Of a DNA stretch of 64,000 bases, positions 1-9,823 are shown piece after piece. Positions within the stretch are counted from its first letter, which is position 1, and each line of letters opens with the position of its first letter. The DNA is taken from positions 2,256 through 66,255 of the forward strand of contig CAKOMG010000001.1 of assembly GCA_934096585.1 (NCBI GenBank). Direction: 5' to 3'. Both the position numbers and the translations under genes were made by a program. Below the pieces are notes generated by a model that worked only from the letters and a program-made list of their open reading frames with translations, made no database searches and was not told where the DNA came from. The stretch is from an uncultured Bacilli bacterium (GTDB lineage Bacteria; Bacillota_I; Bacilli_A; ML615J-28; CAG-698).

Positions 1-2068
1 ATAAAAGATTCTTTTCAGTAGCTAGCCATGAAATATAACGAGTATTGTTATCAGAAATAGTATAAAAGCAATCATTACAATATTCATTTATATATTGATA
101 ATAATAATCTAGATAATACTCATAATATAAATTCTCTTTATATTCATCGACTCTAACATTATATTCAGTTTCATCAATATCTGGATAATCTTTTTTTAAT
201 GCTTTATCAATATATTCATCAAAAGTCATTAAATTAATTCCTGAGTTTGTTAAAAAATCATCATAAGTTACTTGTTCTCTAACTACCCTTTTAATAATCA
301 TTTTTTCCCCACGGAAAAAGAAATTATCGCCACTATTTAAATTAATTGTACTCGAATTTTTAACACGATCAATTATAACACATTCTCCTTCTTCTACTTT
401 ATATCCCATTGTTAAATCCGTTTTAGCACTAAACCCATTAATATAATCATTACTCATATTATCTGCAGCCATATAAGCAATAGTATTATTATTAACATAC
501 ATAATATTTTCACTGTTTTTTACTACCCCAACAACCTTAAGTTTAGGATGATTATAAGTAGCTATACTATAAAGACCAATTAAATCTTCATAAGATTTTA
601 TATAACCAAATCTACAATCATCAATAAGCATATCACATGCTTTTGTTGATAAGATAGTTTCATAATCATTTAATTCATCATATTTTCCAACAACTAATTG
701 ATTTTCATTAATTAGATCACAACTCATAAAGATTGTTTCAATTGTTAATGAAGTATTGTTTTGATTATTGAATGATTCATATTTTCCACAATCGAAAGTT
801 ACTTGATCATAAGAATAAAGTTTATCACTCTTATTTACACATTTATAAAAATCTACACCTACATTCTTTTCTTTTAAAAGATTATTAACTAAATAATTAG
901 CTTTGACATAATACACATTTTCATTATACCAATCTTTTGCATCAAAAACATTTTTTAATGATGTACTTGCATACGCTACAAAAAATACTAAAATCATTGA
1001 AATCAAAAACATGCATAAAGGCAATAATCTTTTTTTTCTCTTTTTATTAAAAACTATATCTCTAAATGAAGTTAATAATGTATCTTTAAAACCAAATAAT
1101 TTTCCAAATTTTCCATATTTAACTTGTGGAAGAATTTTAAAATTCATAGTTGGTTCTTCAAAATGAGGACTCTTTTCTTCAAGTAATTGCAATTCACTTG
1201 AACTATCAACAATTTTTACATTATTGTTATCAATTTTTAAATAAATTTTTCCTCCAATATTAACTAATGTCATTTTAAAATTATTCTGAAATGTATCACC
1301 ATAAACTGCTAATGTTACATCATCACTAGTTATAATTTGTTTTTTTAAATCACCCAAATATATTTTTCTTTTATCTTTATTAAAAACATATTCTTTCTTT
1401 TGATTGTCATAATAATTAACTATTGATCCGTCTTTTATCTCAATTGTTTTATCACAGTATGCATCAAGCAAACTATCTTCATGGGTAACAAGTAATACTA
1501 AACACTTTTCCGAAAGTTTTTTTAATAAATTCATAATAATTATAGTGTTATGTTCATCTAAATTACCTGTTGGTTCATCTGCTAAAATAATTTTAGGTTG
1601 TTTAACAATAGCACGAGCAATAGCTATTCTTTGTTTTTCTCCACCAGATAAATTGTTAGGATAGCGATACATATAATTGCTCATCCCAACATTTTCAAAA
1701 GCATTCACTACGCGTTCATTTATTTCTTTCTCATCATTTACACCACAAATTTTTAACGATGCACTAACATTCTCAAAATTTGTATAATTATTATTTAGAT
1801 TATAATTTTGAAAAATGTAACCTATATATTTATTTCTTACAATATCAGTATTATATTTTATATTTTGACCATCAATAAAAATATTTCCTTTATTGACATT
1901 ATCTAAACCGCCAATAACATTTAACAATGTTGTTTTGCCACAACCAGATGGACCAAAGATTGCAATTATGCCCTTATCTGGCAACTCAATATTAATGTCT
2001 TTAAGCGATTGAATTTGATTAGATTTATTTTTATTATAAAATTTATCAACACTATTTATTTTAATCAT
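1..2068 (-). CDS. Fused ABC transporter ATP-binding/FtsX-type permease (MacB-like), C-terminus runs off the window
   Basis: Minus-strand ATG at 2068 follows the RBS context of the upstream paralog's stop. Translation MIKINSVDKFYNKNK...GPSGCGKTT...LSGGEKQRIAIARA...ILADEPTGNLD, then a long hydrophobic/extracellular segment. No in-frame stop before position 1. Not in the ORF track because it is truncated. Confidence 0.7.
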   Translation of the reverse strand, partial: MIKINSVDKFYNKNKSNQIQSLKDINIELPDKGIIAIFGPSGCGKTTLLNVIGGLDNVNKGNIFIDGQNIKYNTDIVRNKYIGYIFQNYNLNNNYTNFENVSASLKICGVNDEKEINERVVNAFENVGMSNYMYRYPNNLSGGEKQRIAIARAIVKQPKIILADEPTGNLDEHNTIIIMNLLKKLSEKCLVLLVTHEDSLLDAYCDKTIEIKDGSIVNYYDNQKKEYVFNKDKRKIYLGDLKKQIITSDDVTLAVYGDTFQNNFKMTLVNIGGKIYLKIDNNNVKIVDSSSELQLLEEKSPHFEEPTMNFKILPQVKYGKFGKLFGFKDTLLTSFRDIVFNKKRKKRLLPLCMFLISMILVFFVAYASTSLKNVFDAKDWYNENVYYVKANYLVNNLLKEKNVGVDFYKCVNKSDKLYSYDQVTFDCGKYESFNNQNNTSLTIETIFMSCDLINENQLVVGKYDELNDYETILSTKACDMLIDDCRFGYIKSYEDLIGLYSIATYNHPKLKVVGVVKNSENIMYVNNNTIAYMAADNMSNDYINGFSAKTDLTMGYKVEEGECVIIDRVKNSSTINLNSGDNFFFRGEKMIIKRVVREQVTYDDFLTNSGINLMTFDEYIDKALKKDYPDIDETEYNVRVDEYKENLYYEYYLDYYYQYINEYCNDCFYTISDNNTRYISWLATEKNLL

Positions 2069-4247
2069 TATAATCACCTCTCAATGCTTTTTTTACACTC
2101 TTATTAAACATTTTATTTAAATGATTAAATATTATAAGACAACATATGCTAATTAATCCCAATATTATCAATAAATAATTATGCAAATATAAAAATGGAA
2201 ATAAAGGGTTTAAAATAGGTGAAGTATAAATGATTATAGCCATTATTATAAGCACTAAGATTGCGGGAACAAGTGTTAAAAAAATTCTTGTACAAATAGC
2301 AATCTTTATTTCCGTTGTTTTTATTCCCATTGATCTAAATATTGCCAAATCACCATTAAAAGCATTTAGTGACTTGCTTAAACATAAATACAAAAATAAA
2401 CTTACAATTAAAACTGTTATTATCCATAATAATATTAATAGCATGTTAAGTATATATCCCATTGCTACATTCTCACTTGGTTTATAATAAGTCACATTAC
2501 TAAGCGTAGCAATATATCCGTTATTTTTAAGATCTTTAATTGCTTTTTTAGCTTCTCGATCATTTTTAAAAAATAGCGAAGATTGTTTATATTGATATTC
2601 TATTATTTCATCCGCAATGTTTTGAATTAATTGTGTTCCTAGTATTACCGATTTATGAGTACTTTGTTCAAAATCACAAAAATCAGTTTTATCATAATTA
2701 TTAAAATAGTATAAATCTTTTTTTAACTTAATTGTGTTATTTTTTTCTTCATTAATTTGATAAGAAATTTTTAAAGTAAAATTAATATTTTTAATATTAT
2801 TTATATTAAAATTATCATCCACAATCATATATTTATTACTATCTAAAGTAAAAGAAGTATAAAAATTATTAATATAAAGAATATCTGCACTACTAGTTTC
2901 AAAATAACAAGCAATATTATGCGTTCTTAAAAAACATACAGAAGAAACTATTTTATAGCCTTCTTCATTTAAAATGCAATAAGGGGTTTTATTATTATCA
3001 TAAAAGTATTTAATTCCACTAACATCAAAAAATATATTATAAAGAGATATTCGATGTAAATAAGTTTCTATTCTTTTAAAACAAATAGGCAAGTATAACA
3101 TCACTTCATTAGTTTGTTGTGGATAAGTACCATAATCACAATTTCCCAAATTAATGTCATAATTAATTCTTGTAGAAAGGGTCTTTTTTGATCCATAGTT
3201 AGAGTAATACATTAAACTATATTGATCCATAAGATAATCATAACGTAAACTGCTTTTTGCACTATATTTTTTTTCTAATTCATTCAGTTCACTACTTGTA
3301 ATTGGCGATTCATCTTTTTTCATCAATAAGACTCTACCATCTACGTAATCAAACATATCAACATTCTCAGTAGAGTCAAATTGGTTATTGCAAAAAACTG
3401 TAATAGAAAACATCAAAATCATCCCTAAAATCATTAGAGAACATAAATAAATAGCTAACTTTGGTTTGGAAAACAATAGTTTTTTGCCTAAGGTAAAGCC
3501 ATTATATAATGAATCATTTTTTAAAAAAGTTTTATCATTATTAAGGTTTCTGTCAATGTTCAGTTTTTTATTTAAAACATTATCAAATTCAACCTTTCCA
3601 TCAAATATTCTTATTTCCCTGCTGGCAACACCTTGTAACATAGAAAAAGAATGGGTTACCATTATAACTAGTTTATTTTTAGATACTTCCTTCAATAATT
3701 CAATTATTTCTTTTGCAGTTTTTGAATCAAGGTTACCTGTTGGTTCATCTGCCAAAATGATTGGACTTTCTTTAGCGAGTGCCCTTGCAATAACTGTTCT
3801 TTGTTTTTGTCCTCCACTTAATTTGCTGCCTTTATTATTTATAAAAGGTGTCATACCAACTTTTTTAATTAAGTCCTTGGCTTTAGCTTTTCTTTCTTTA
3901 CAATCTTTTATATGCATCAATGCAAGTTCCACATTTTCTAGTACTGTAAAACTATCAATAATGTTATAATCTTGAAAAATAAATGAGATGTATCTTTGGC
4001 GATATTCTTCCCAATCTGATTGCGTAAAATGGGATGTTTGTTCGCCATTTATTAATAATTCCCCTTTTTCATAAGTATCAATGCCACCAATAATATTTAG
4101 TAACGTCGTTTTACCACTACCAGATTTTCCAGTAATAGCCACAAATTCCCCAATTTCAAAAGTTAAATTAATGTCTTTTACACCTACATAGACATTGTCT
4201 TTATCTACATAAAATTTACTAATATTGTTTAATTCTAAAAAAACCAT
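2061..4247 (-). CDS. Fused ABC transporter ATP-binding/FtsX-type permease (MacB-like)
   Basis: 728 aa. Walker A GKSGSGKTT, signature LSGGQKQR, Walker B ILADEP. C-terminal half has TM helices flanking a large extracytoplasmic domain (FtsX-like). GGGG RBS 6 nt before ATG 4247. Confidence 0.8.
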   Translation of the reverse strand: MVFLELNNISKFYVDKDNVYVGVKDINLTFEIGEFVAITGKSGSGKTTLLNIIGGIDTYEKGELLINGEQTSHFTQSDWEEYRQRYISFIFQDYNIIDSFTVLENVELALMHIKDCKERKAKAKDLIKKVGMTPFINNKGSKLSGGQKQRTVIARALAKESPIILADEPTGNLDSKTAKEIIELLKEVSKNKLVIMVTHSFSMLQGVASREIRIFDGKVEFDNVLNKKLNIDRNLNNDKTFLKNDSLYNGFTLGKKLLFSKPKLAIYLCSLMILGMILMFSITVFCNNQFDSTENVDMFDYVDGRVLLMKKDESPITSSELNELEKKYSAKSSLRYDYLMDQYSLMYYSNYGSKKTLSTRINYDINLGNCDYGTYPQQTNEVMLYLPICFKRIETYLHRISLYNIFFDVSGIKYFYDNNKTPYCILNEEGYKIVSSVCFLRTHNIACYFETSSADILYINNFYTSFTLDSNKYMIVDDNFNINNIKNINFTLKISYQINEEKNNTIKLKKDLYYFNNYDKTDFCDFEQSTHKSVILGTQLIQNIADEIIEYQYKQSSLFFKNDREAKKAIKDLKNNGYIATLSNVTYYKPSENVAMGYILNMLLILLWIITVLIVSLFLYLCLSKSLNAFNGDLAIFRSMGIKTTEIKIAICTRIFLTLVPAILVLIIMAIIIYTSPILNPLFPFLYLHNYLLIILGLISICCLIIFNHLNKMFNKSVKKALRGDYND

Positions 4248-4302
4248 ATATACCCCATTTCTTTTACTACTTTCTTCACATTTATTATATCATATAAAAT
4301 CC

Positions 4303-4312
4303 AAAAAAAAAA
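4303..4312. repeat. Poly(A)10/poly(T)10 homopolymeric tract in the promoter region of the MacB-like gene
   Basis: ccAAAAAAAAAAtag read directly. It sits where the -35 and spacer would be for the TGaTATAAT -10 box upstream of ATG 4247 (minus strand). Confidence 0.6.
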
Positions 4313-4327
4313 TAGAAACTGAAGAAA

Positions 4328-4948
4328 TTAATCTTCTGTTTCTACTTTATTATTTTTTATTAAAACTTTCAATGCCTTAATAATTGGCGTTCCAACTACA
4401 CCAGCAAGCAACATTTCTAATAATCCATTAGAAATTAATACAGCATAAATATATTTAAATAAATTGGTACCTTCTAATGTTCCACAATTAGCAACAAATT
4501 CATCTACACCAAAATAGAAATTTGTTTTCCAAACAATATAAATACATGTTAAAACCATAACAGTGTGTAAGAATGTTGAAACTAACATTGCAACTAGCGT
4601 AGACACAATATCATTTTTAAATACCTTCATAAATAAATTATATAGAGGAACAACCATAAAGCCAAAAATTATTCTTGGAAGTATTGATACTAAAGGATTT
4701 GTGAATGGTGCATTTGTTGAAATATTATAGAATGATAAAATAAATGAACAAAGACCAAATACAAAGCCAAGCAACGCCCCATATTTCTTTCCCAATATCA
4801 TTGAACCTATTAGAACTGGAATATGAACCAAAGTTATACTCACAGATGAAGGTAAAATAATAAACCCTAGATTTGTAAATGTCATTACAATTATTAATGC
4901 CATAATTATTCCCGCAAAAGCAATCTTTTTAATTTTTTCGTTGCGCAT
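4328..4948 (-). CDS. ECF-type transporter substrate-specific S component (substrate unknown)
   Basis: 206 aa with 5-6 TM helices. N-terminus MRNEKIKKIAFAGIIMALIIV is typical of ECF S components (RibU/QueT/FolT-like). AGGAG RBS. Lies immediately downstream of obg. Confidence 0.5.
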   Translation of the reverse strand: MRNEKIKKIAFAGIIMALIIVMTFTNLGFIILPSSVSITLVHIPVLIGSMILGKKYGALLGFVFGLCSFILSFYNISTNAPFTNPLVSILPRIIFGFMVVPLYNLFMKVFKNDIVSTLVAMLVSTFLHTVMVLTCIYIVWKTNFYFGVDEFVANCGTLEGTNLFKYIYAVLISNGLLEMLLAGVVGTPIIKALKVLIKNNKVETED

Positions 4949-4958
4949 AATCTAACTC

Positions 4959-6236
4959 CTAATTAAAAAATTCAAATTCATATCCTAAAACTAATACTGT
5001 TTCCCCTGCTTTCACTCCTAATTCTTGTAATTTTTTATCCACTCCTAAATTTCTAATGCGTTTAGCAAACATTTTAACACTCTCATCTCTATTGAAATCA
5101 GTTGAATCAAATATTCTTTTGATTGCTGGGCCAACAACATTATATAAGCCTTCATCGGTTTTTTCGATTCTAAAAGGCTCTTCTTTAGGGATAAATTTAT
5201 ATTCTACTACTTCATCTTTAACAGTTTCATTAAAATCATCAAGTGAAACTTTATCCAACTCATTAGCAATTTCATATAACAAAGCATCTAAATTATCTTT
5301 AGTATATGCACTTATAGCTATTACATTCAAATCGGGATATTTTTCTTTAAACTTAATAAGATTTTCTTTAGAACTTGGTAAATCCATTTTGTTTGCCACA
5401 ACAATTTGTGGTCTAAGCATTAACTTTGGATTATATGTTACTAATTCATTATTGATTTTTTGATAATCTACAATCGGATCTCTACCTTCAAGACCAGACA
5501 TATCAATTACATGCACAATGACTCTTGTTCTTTCAATGTGTTTTAAAAATTGGAATCCTAGACCAGCTCCATTTGAAGCACCTTCAATTAGTCCTGGCAA
5601 GTCAGCCATTACAAAGCTTCTTCCATCTTTAACTTGTACAACACCTAAATTGGGAACTAATGTTGTAAAATGATAATCTGCAATCTTTGGTTTGCAAGCT
5701 GAACAAATAGAGATTAATGTTGATTTACCAACACTTGGAAAACCAACTAAACCGACATCAGCTAATACTTTTAATTCAATTCTGATTTCTTTTTCTTCAC
5801 CAGGTTCTCCATTTTCCGCAAATTCAGGAGCAGGAATTCTTGCAGTAGCAAAAGATGAATTACCTCTTCCGCCTCTACCTCCTTTAGCGATAATAGCTTG
5901 TTGATTATGTTTAGTTATATCAGCAATAACAATATTATTTGTTAAATCATACACAACACTACCAACGGGAACTTTAATGTACACATCAGTTGCATCTTTA
6001 CCAAAGCAATTTTTTGTCATTCCGTTTTCACCATTTTTAGCGGTAATTTTTCTTTTATACTTAAAATCTAATAAAGTTGTTAATCCTTCATCACCAACAA
6101 ATATTATGCTACCACCTTTTCCGCCATCGCCGCCATAAGGACCACCTTTGGCTATATATTTTTCATGACGAAAGCTTACAGCACCATTGCCACCATTGCC
6201 AGCTTTAACAACCAATTTAACGTCATCAACAAACAT
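4959..6236 (-). CDS. obg: GTPase Obg/CgtA
   Basis: Glycine-rich N-terminal Obg fold (KAGNGGNGAVSFRHEKY..GGPYGGDGGKGGSIIF). G-domain GFPSVGKST and DLPGLIEGA. AAAGGAG RBS. Confidence 0.95.
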   Translation of the reverse strand: MFVDDVKLVVKAGNGGNGAVSFRHEKYIAKGGPYGGDGGKGGSIIFVGDEGLTTLLDFKYKRKITAKNGENGMTKNCFGKDATDVYIKVPVGSVVYDLTNNIVIADITKHNQQAIIAKGGRGGRGNSSFATARIPAPEFAENGEPGEEKEIRIELKVLADVGLVGFPSVGKSTLISICSACKPKIADYHFTTLVPNLGVVQVKDGRSFVMADLPGLIEGASNGAGLGFQFLKHIERTRVIVHVIDMSGLEGRDPIVDYQKINNELVTYNPKLMLRPQIVVANKMDLPSSKENLIKFKEKYPDLNVIAISAYTKDNLDALLYEIANELDKVSLDDFNETVKDEVVEYKFIPKEEPFRIEKTDEGLYNVVGPAIKRIFDSTDFNRDESVKMFAKRIRNLGVDKKLQELGVKAGETVLVLGYEFEFFN

Positions 6237-6288
6237 AATACGTACTCCTTTCTATTAAAAAAATGCACTTATTAAGTGCATTTACATT

Positions 6289-6570
6289 TTATTTTACTTC
6301 ATATACTGACACTTGTTTTTTGTCTTTTCCTAAACGTTCATATTTAACATAACCTGTAATAGTAGCAAATAGTGTGTCATCTCCACCTTTTTTAACGTTT
6401 GCTCCAGGAAATATAACAGTACCTCTTTGACGATAGATGATTGAACCTGCAGTACAAAATTCACCATCTGACAATTTAGCACCTAATCTTTTTGCTCTTG
6501 AATCACGGCCGTTCTTAGTAGAACCTGCAGCTTTTTTACTGGCAAAAAATTGTATGTTCATAAATAGCAT
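6289..6570 (-). CDS. rpmA: 50S ribosomal protein L27 with N-terminal propeptide
   Basis: [24 protein letters not shown]...: a 9-aa Firmicute-type propeptide ending in FF before ASKK, then the conserved L27 core. AGGAGG RBS. Confidence 0.95.
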   Translation of the reverse strand: MLFMNIQFFASKKAAGSTKNGRDSRAKRLGAKLSDGEFCTAGSIIYRQRGTVIFPGANVKKGGDDTLFATITGYVKYERLGKDKKQVSVYEVK

Positions 6571-6585
6571 CGGATTTTCCTCCTA

Positions 6586-6903
6586 TTATAAATATTTTAT
6601 TATTAAAAACTTATTGTATTGTTTAGAAACATCTTCTAAACAACTCACTAAATTATCTAATATGATCACAATATTATTATACTTGTCATCACATTTAGTT
6701 ACTTTCAAATTCATCATTGGAATTTTATTATTACTTGAAAAATCAAATTTGAAATTGAATCTTTCTAATAGATTAATAGTAATAATCATAGCTGTAGAAA
6801 CTGAACTACAAACTATATCCTTTCCAATAGTATCATAGCCAGAATGACCTCTAACATCAATTTCATAAGAATTATCATTCTTTTTCACACAACAACAAAT
6901 CAT
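6586..6903 (-). CDS. prp: Ribosomal-processing cysteine protease Prp
   Basis: 105 aa between rplU and rpmA. Conserved GH and Cys residues of the Prp/YsxB family (VRGHSGYD...IVCSSVS). Confidence 0.85.
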   Translation of the reverse strand: MICCCVKKNDNSYEIDVRGHSGYDTIGKDIVCSSVSTAMIITINLLERFNFKFDFSSNNKIPMMNLKVTKCDDKYNNIVIILDNLVSCLEDVSKQYNKFLIIKYL

Positions 6904-6906
6904 TAA

Positions 6907-7206
6907 TTATCCTTCAATTTTAGTAATTTGAACTTTTGTGAAAGGTTGTCTGTGACCTTGTTTTTTATGATAGTTTTTCTTTGATTTGTATTTGTAAACA
7001 ATAACTTTTGGAGCTTTACCTTGTTTTTCAACTTTTGCTGAAACTTTTGCACCTTCAACATATGGAGCACCAATTTTACCATTAACCATCAATACTTTAT
7101 CAAAAACAACATTCTCGCCTTCAGCAGTTTCTAATTTTTCAACAAATAAGAAATCATTTTCTTGTACAAGATATTGTTTTCCACCAGTTTCAATAATTGC
7201 GTACAT
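6907..7206 (-). CDS. rplU: 50S ribosomal protein L21
   Basis: [15 protein letters not shown]... 99 aa. AGGAGG RBS 8 nt upstream of this ATG. The longer track ORF is an upstream in-frame artefact. Confidence 0.9.
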   Translation of the reverse strand: MYAIIETGGKQYLVQENDFLFVEKLETAEGENVVFDKVLMVNGKIGAPYVEGAKVSAKVEKQGKAPKVIVYKYKSKKNYHKKQGHRQPFTKVQITKIEG

Positions 7207-7300
7207 CTGCATATCCTCCTTCTTGAAATATTTAAGACACGCCATAAAGGTGAATCTAATCCTTAAAAACCTTTTTTGTGCGGTTGCATAACACAACATT
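7207..7300 (-). promoter_or_regulatory. Structured 5' leader of rplU (possible L21-leader-type autoregulatory element)
   Basis: About 90-nt leader between a consensus promoter and the rplU RBS. It contains the hairpins TTGTG..CACAA and AAAGGT..ACCTTT. The position matches the known Firmicute L21 leader, but the family was not verified. Confidence 0.3.
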
Positions 7301-7303
7301 ATA

Positions 7304-7332
7304 ATTATACACCTTTTTTGACCAAATGTCAA
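7304..7332 (-). promoter_or_regulatory. Sigma-A promoter for rplU-prp-rpmA-obg (TTGACA-17-TATAAT)
   Basis: Minus strand reads TTGACAtttggtcaaaaaaggtgTATAAT, a perfect consensus with 17-nt spacing. Confidence 0.6.
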
Positions 7333-7354
7333 TAACGATTATAAAAATGTTTAT

Positions 7355-8038
7355 TTATAACTCTATAATTATTTTTAGCACTAAAATATTTGCTAAAACA
7401 GATGGCTTTTCACCATTGTTATCATATACTTCTTCTTGATTAGTATCATCTATTAAATCACTAATTGATCTTATAGCAATAAACGGAATATTAACCATGT
7501 GACAAGCTTGTGCAAAAGCACATGACTCCATATCGAAACACATTATATTGTCTACATCACCTAATTTATTTTTTATTTCTTTAACAATATTATATGACGA
7601 AATAAAGGCATCATTTGTACAAATTGTACCTCTAATTGCATTATTCTTAGTGGCTATTTCCATCATTTCTGTATCCGCATTAAATAGTTTGGGACATCCT
7701 GCCATTTGACCATATTGATATTTTTCAAAAAACGTAACATCAACATCACCATACACGTATTTATCGCAAGCAATAACATCATTCAAAGTTGCAGGTTTTA
7801 TTCCCCCCGCAATTCCTATGTTAATCACTTTATCAATTTTAAAGTTCGTTGAAGCAACACCAATCAAAAGTCCAGCCATTGCTTTTCCTACGCCACTTTC
7901 GACTAAATATATATTTTTTTGATGATATTTGCATATATAAAATTTAAAGTTATTAATTTCTTCTATTTTTTGTAATTCAAAGTTATTTAAAAAATACTCA
8001 ATTTCACTTTGCATTGCACCAACTAATAAAATATTCAT
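7355..8038 (-). CDS. mtnN: 5'-methylthioadenosine/S-adenosylhomocysteine nucleosidase
   Basis: 227 aa, MNILLVGAMQSEIEYF..., PNP/UDP phosphorylase fold, typical MTAN length. Overlaps the ribF stop by 4 nt. Confidence 0.8.
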   Translation of the reverse strand: MNILLVGAMQSEIEYFLNNFELQKIEEINNFKFYICKYHQKNIYLVESGVGKAMAGLLIGVASTNFKIDKVINIGIAGGIKPATLNDVIACDKYVYGDVDVTFFEKYQYGQMAGCPKLFNADTEMMEIATKNNAIRGTICTNDAFISSYNIVKEIKNKLGDVDNIMCFDMESCAFAQACHMVNIPFIAIRSISDLIDDTNQEEVYDNNGEKPSVLANILVLKIIIEL

Positions 8039-8964
8039 AGATTTTCACCATACTTTTCTTCTACATATTTACAATTATTTTGTAGTTCTTCTTTAAATTC
8101 TTCTTTATCTTTAAAGGTTTTTTCTTCTCTAATGTATTCTAATAATTCAACTTTAACATTATCATTATATATATTGCTATTAAAATTAAATATAAATACT
8201 TCTAGACGCGGTGCATCAACTTTGTTAAAAGATGGATTAGTGCCGAAATTAGCAATCCCTAAATATTGAATGCTTTCAATTGTTATGATAATTGCATATA
8301 CTCCCTCTTTAAACAATTGAAATTCCTTATCAATACTAATGTTGGCGGTTGGATAACCTATCTTTCTTCCTATTCGCGAACCACCAGAAACTATTCCTCT
8401 AACATAATAATTTCTTCCAAGTAAATAATTTACTTCCTTTATATTTCCTTTATTTAGTAGTTGTCTAATTAATTCAGATCCTATTTTTTTATTATTATAT
8501 TCTAAACAATTAACTACACAAACATTCTTATGTAACTGCATTAATTCTTTAACTTTACCAGTACCTCTAGATCCAAAACTAAAATCAAAGCCAACTACAA
8601 TCTTTTCAAAACGCTTTAAAAACAATTCAAAAAAAGTTTGATAATTTAATGAAGCTAACTCTAAATCAAAATTAATAACAATTAAATAATCAAAGCCAAA
8701 TGAAGAAATTATTTGTTCCTTTTCGAAAAGTGGTGTTAAATATGTATCATCATTTCTTAACTTTAACACGTAATCAGGATGAGGATAAAATGTAATTACA
8801 CATGATTTTAATTTTTTCTCCTGAGCACTTATTAAGGTCTTATTAAATAATTCTTGATGAGCAATATGTATGCCATCGAATTCACCAATGCATGTAATCA
8901 TCTGTTCAAATGGTAATGTATTGAATTGTTCTATTGTTTTTAAAGATACTTTAATTAATTCCAT
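8035..8964 (-). CDS. ribF: Bifunctional riboflavin kinase/FMN adenylyltransferase
   Basis: 309 aa. N-terminal FAD synthetase (GEFDGIHIAHQELF, FYPHP). C-terminal riboflavin kinase (GRKIGYPTANI). Confidence 0.9.
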   Translation of the reverse strand: MELIKVSLKTIEQFNTLPFEQMITCIGEFDGIHIAHQELFNKTLISAQEKKLKSCVITFYPHPDYVLKLRNDDTYLTPLFEKEQIISSFGFDYLIVINFDLELASLNYQTFFELFLKRFEKIVVGFDFSFGSRGTGKVKELMQLHKNVCVVNCLEYNNKKIGSELIRQLLNKGNIKEVNYLLGRNYYVRGIVSGGSRIGRKIGYPTANISIDKEFQLFKEGVYAIIITIESIQYLGIANFGTNPSFNKVDAPRLEVFIFNFNSNIYNDNVKVELLEYIREEKTFKDKEEFKEELQNNCKYVEEKYGENL

Positions 8965-9821
8965 ACTCTTTTCGCCTTATATAAATTATTTTCTACTTTG
9001 TCGTAGACTGCTATTAATTCTTTTTTATAAGTTATAAACAATTGTTCTTTATCAGATTTTAAAGTTATTACTTTTCCATTCATAATATCTTTGTAAGTTT
9101 TTTCATCAACATCAAACAAATCTTTATCTTTTATCGCTTCATAATTGGATAATACTTTATATTTATCATTCAAAATATCATCTAATTTATAAGCGTCTTC
9201 TATTTTAAATGTTCCTGATTTAATTCTCCTCAAATTGCTCATTAAAGCCGGATATTCAATTCTAGTCCCGATTTCAACGCACAATGTTCGAATATATGTC
9301 CCCTTACTAACACACGCTTGAAACGTGAATTTTGCCTTTTCATTTTCATAAATAACATCAGAAGTTCTTTTAATATCTTTAACTTCAATTACTCTAGGTT
9401 CTCTTTCTACTTCTATTCCCTTTCGAGCAAGTTCATATAGCTTTATACCATTATGATGAACGCTAGAATACATTGGTGGAATTTGTGATAAAGTTCCTTT
9501 TAGACTAACTAATACCATATCTATATTATTTAATTGTTTAACTTCTTTTTCAGTTATAATATTTCCTTCAATATCTTCCGTATCACTTGATGATCCAATC
9601 AATATTTCACATTCATATTCTTTTTCGTTGGACATTAAATAATCTGAAAGTTTTGTTGAAGAGCCAAGTAATACCACCATTAATCCTGTAGCCAGAGGAT
9701 CAAGTGTTCCCGCATGACCTATTTTTTTAATATTCAAATGTCTCTTAATTTTAGTTATAAGTGTTTGTGAAGTAATACCCTTAGGTTTGTCAACTAATAA
9801 AACACCATTTATATTATCCAT
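8955..9821 (-). CDS. truB: tRNA pseudouridine(55) synthase
   Basis: VLLVDKPKGITSQTLI...GHAGTLDPLATGLMVV is the TruB catalytic-Asp motif. 288 aa. Confidence 0.9.
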   Translation of the reverse strand: MDNINGVLLVDKPKGITSQTLITKIKRHLNIKKIGHAGTLDPLATGLMVVLLGSSTKLSDYLMSNEKEYECEILIGSSSDTEDIEGNIITEKEVKQLNNIDMVLVSLKGTLSQIPPMYSSVHHNGIKLYELARKGIEVEREPRVIEVKDIKRTSDVIYENEKAKFTFQACVSKGTYIRTLCVEIGTRIEYPALMSNLRRIKSGTFKIEDAYKLDDILNDKYKVLSNYEAIKDKDLFDVDEKTYKDIMNGKVITLKSDKEQLFITYKKELIAVYDKVENNLYKAKRVWN

Positions 9822-9823
9822 AC

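Noticed and set aside
2230-2487. Plus-strand ORFs (2230-2487, 3466-3969, 5056-5463, 5692-5904, 6437-6838) lying antisense inside ABC/obg/rpmA/prp genes
   Set aside because: They are fully embedded antisense in well-supported conserved genes. They have low-complexity Ile/Leu/Ser-rich translations typical of AT-rich antisense frames, and no RBS.
6907-7332. 141-aa extended ORF upstream of rplU ([12 protein letters not shown]...)
   Set aside because: The true L21 start is MYAIIETGG at 7206 with an AGGAGG RBS. The extension reads through the promoter/leader and has no homology.
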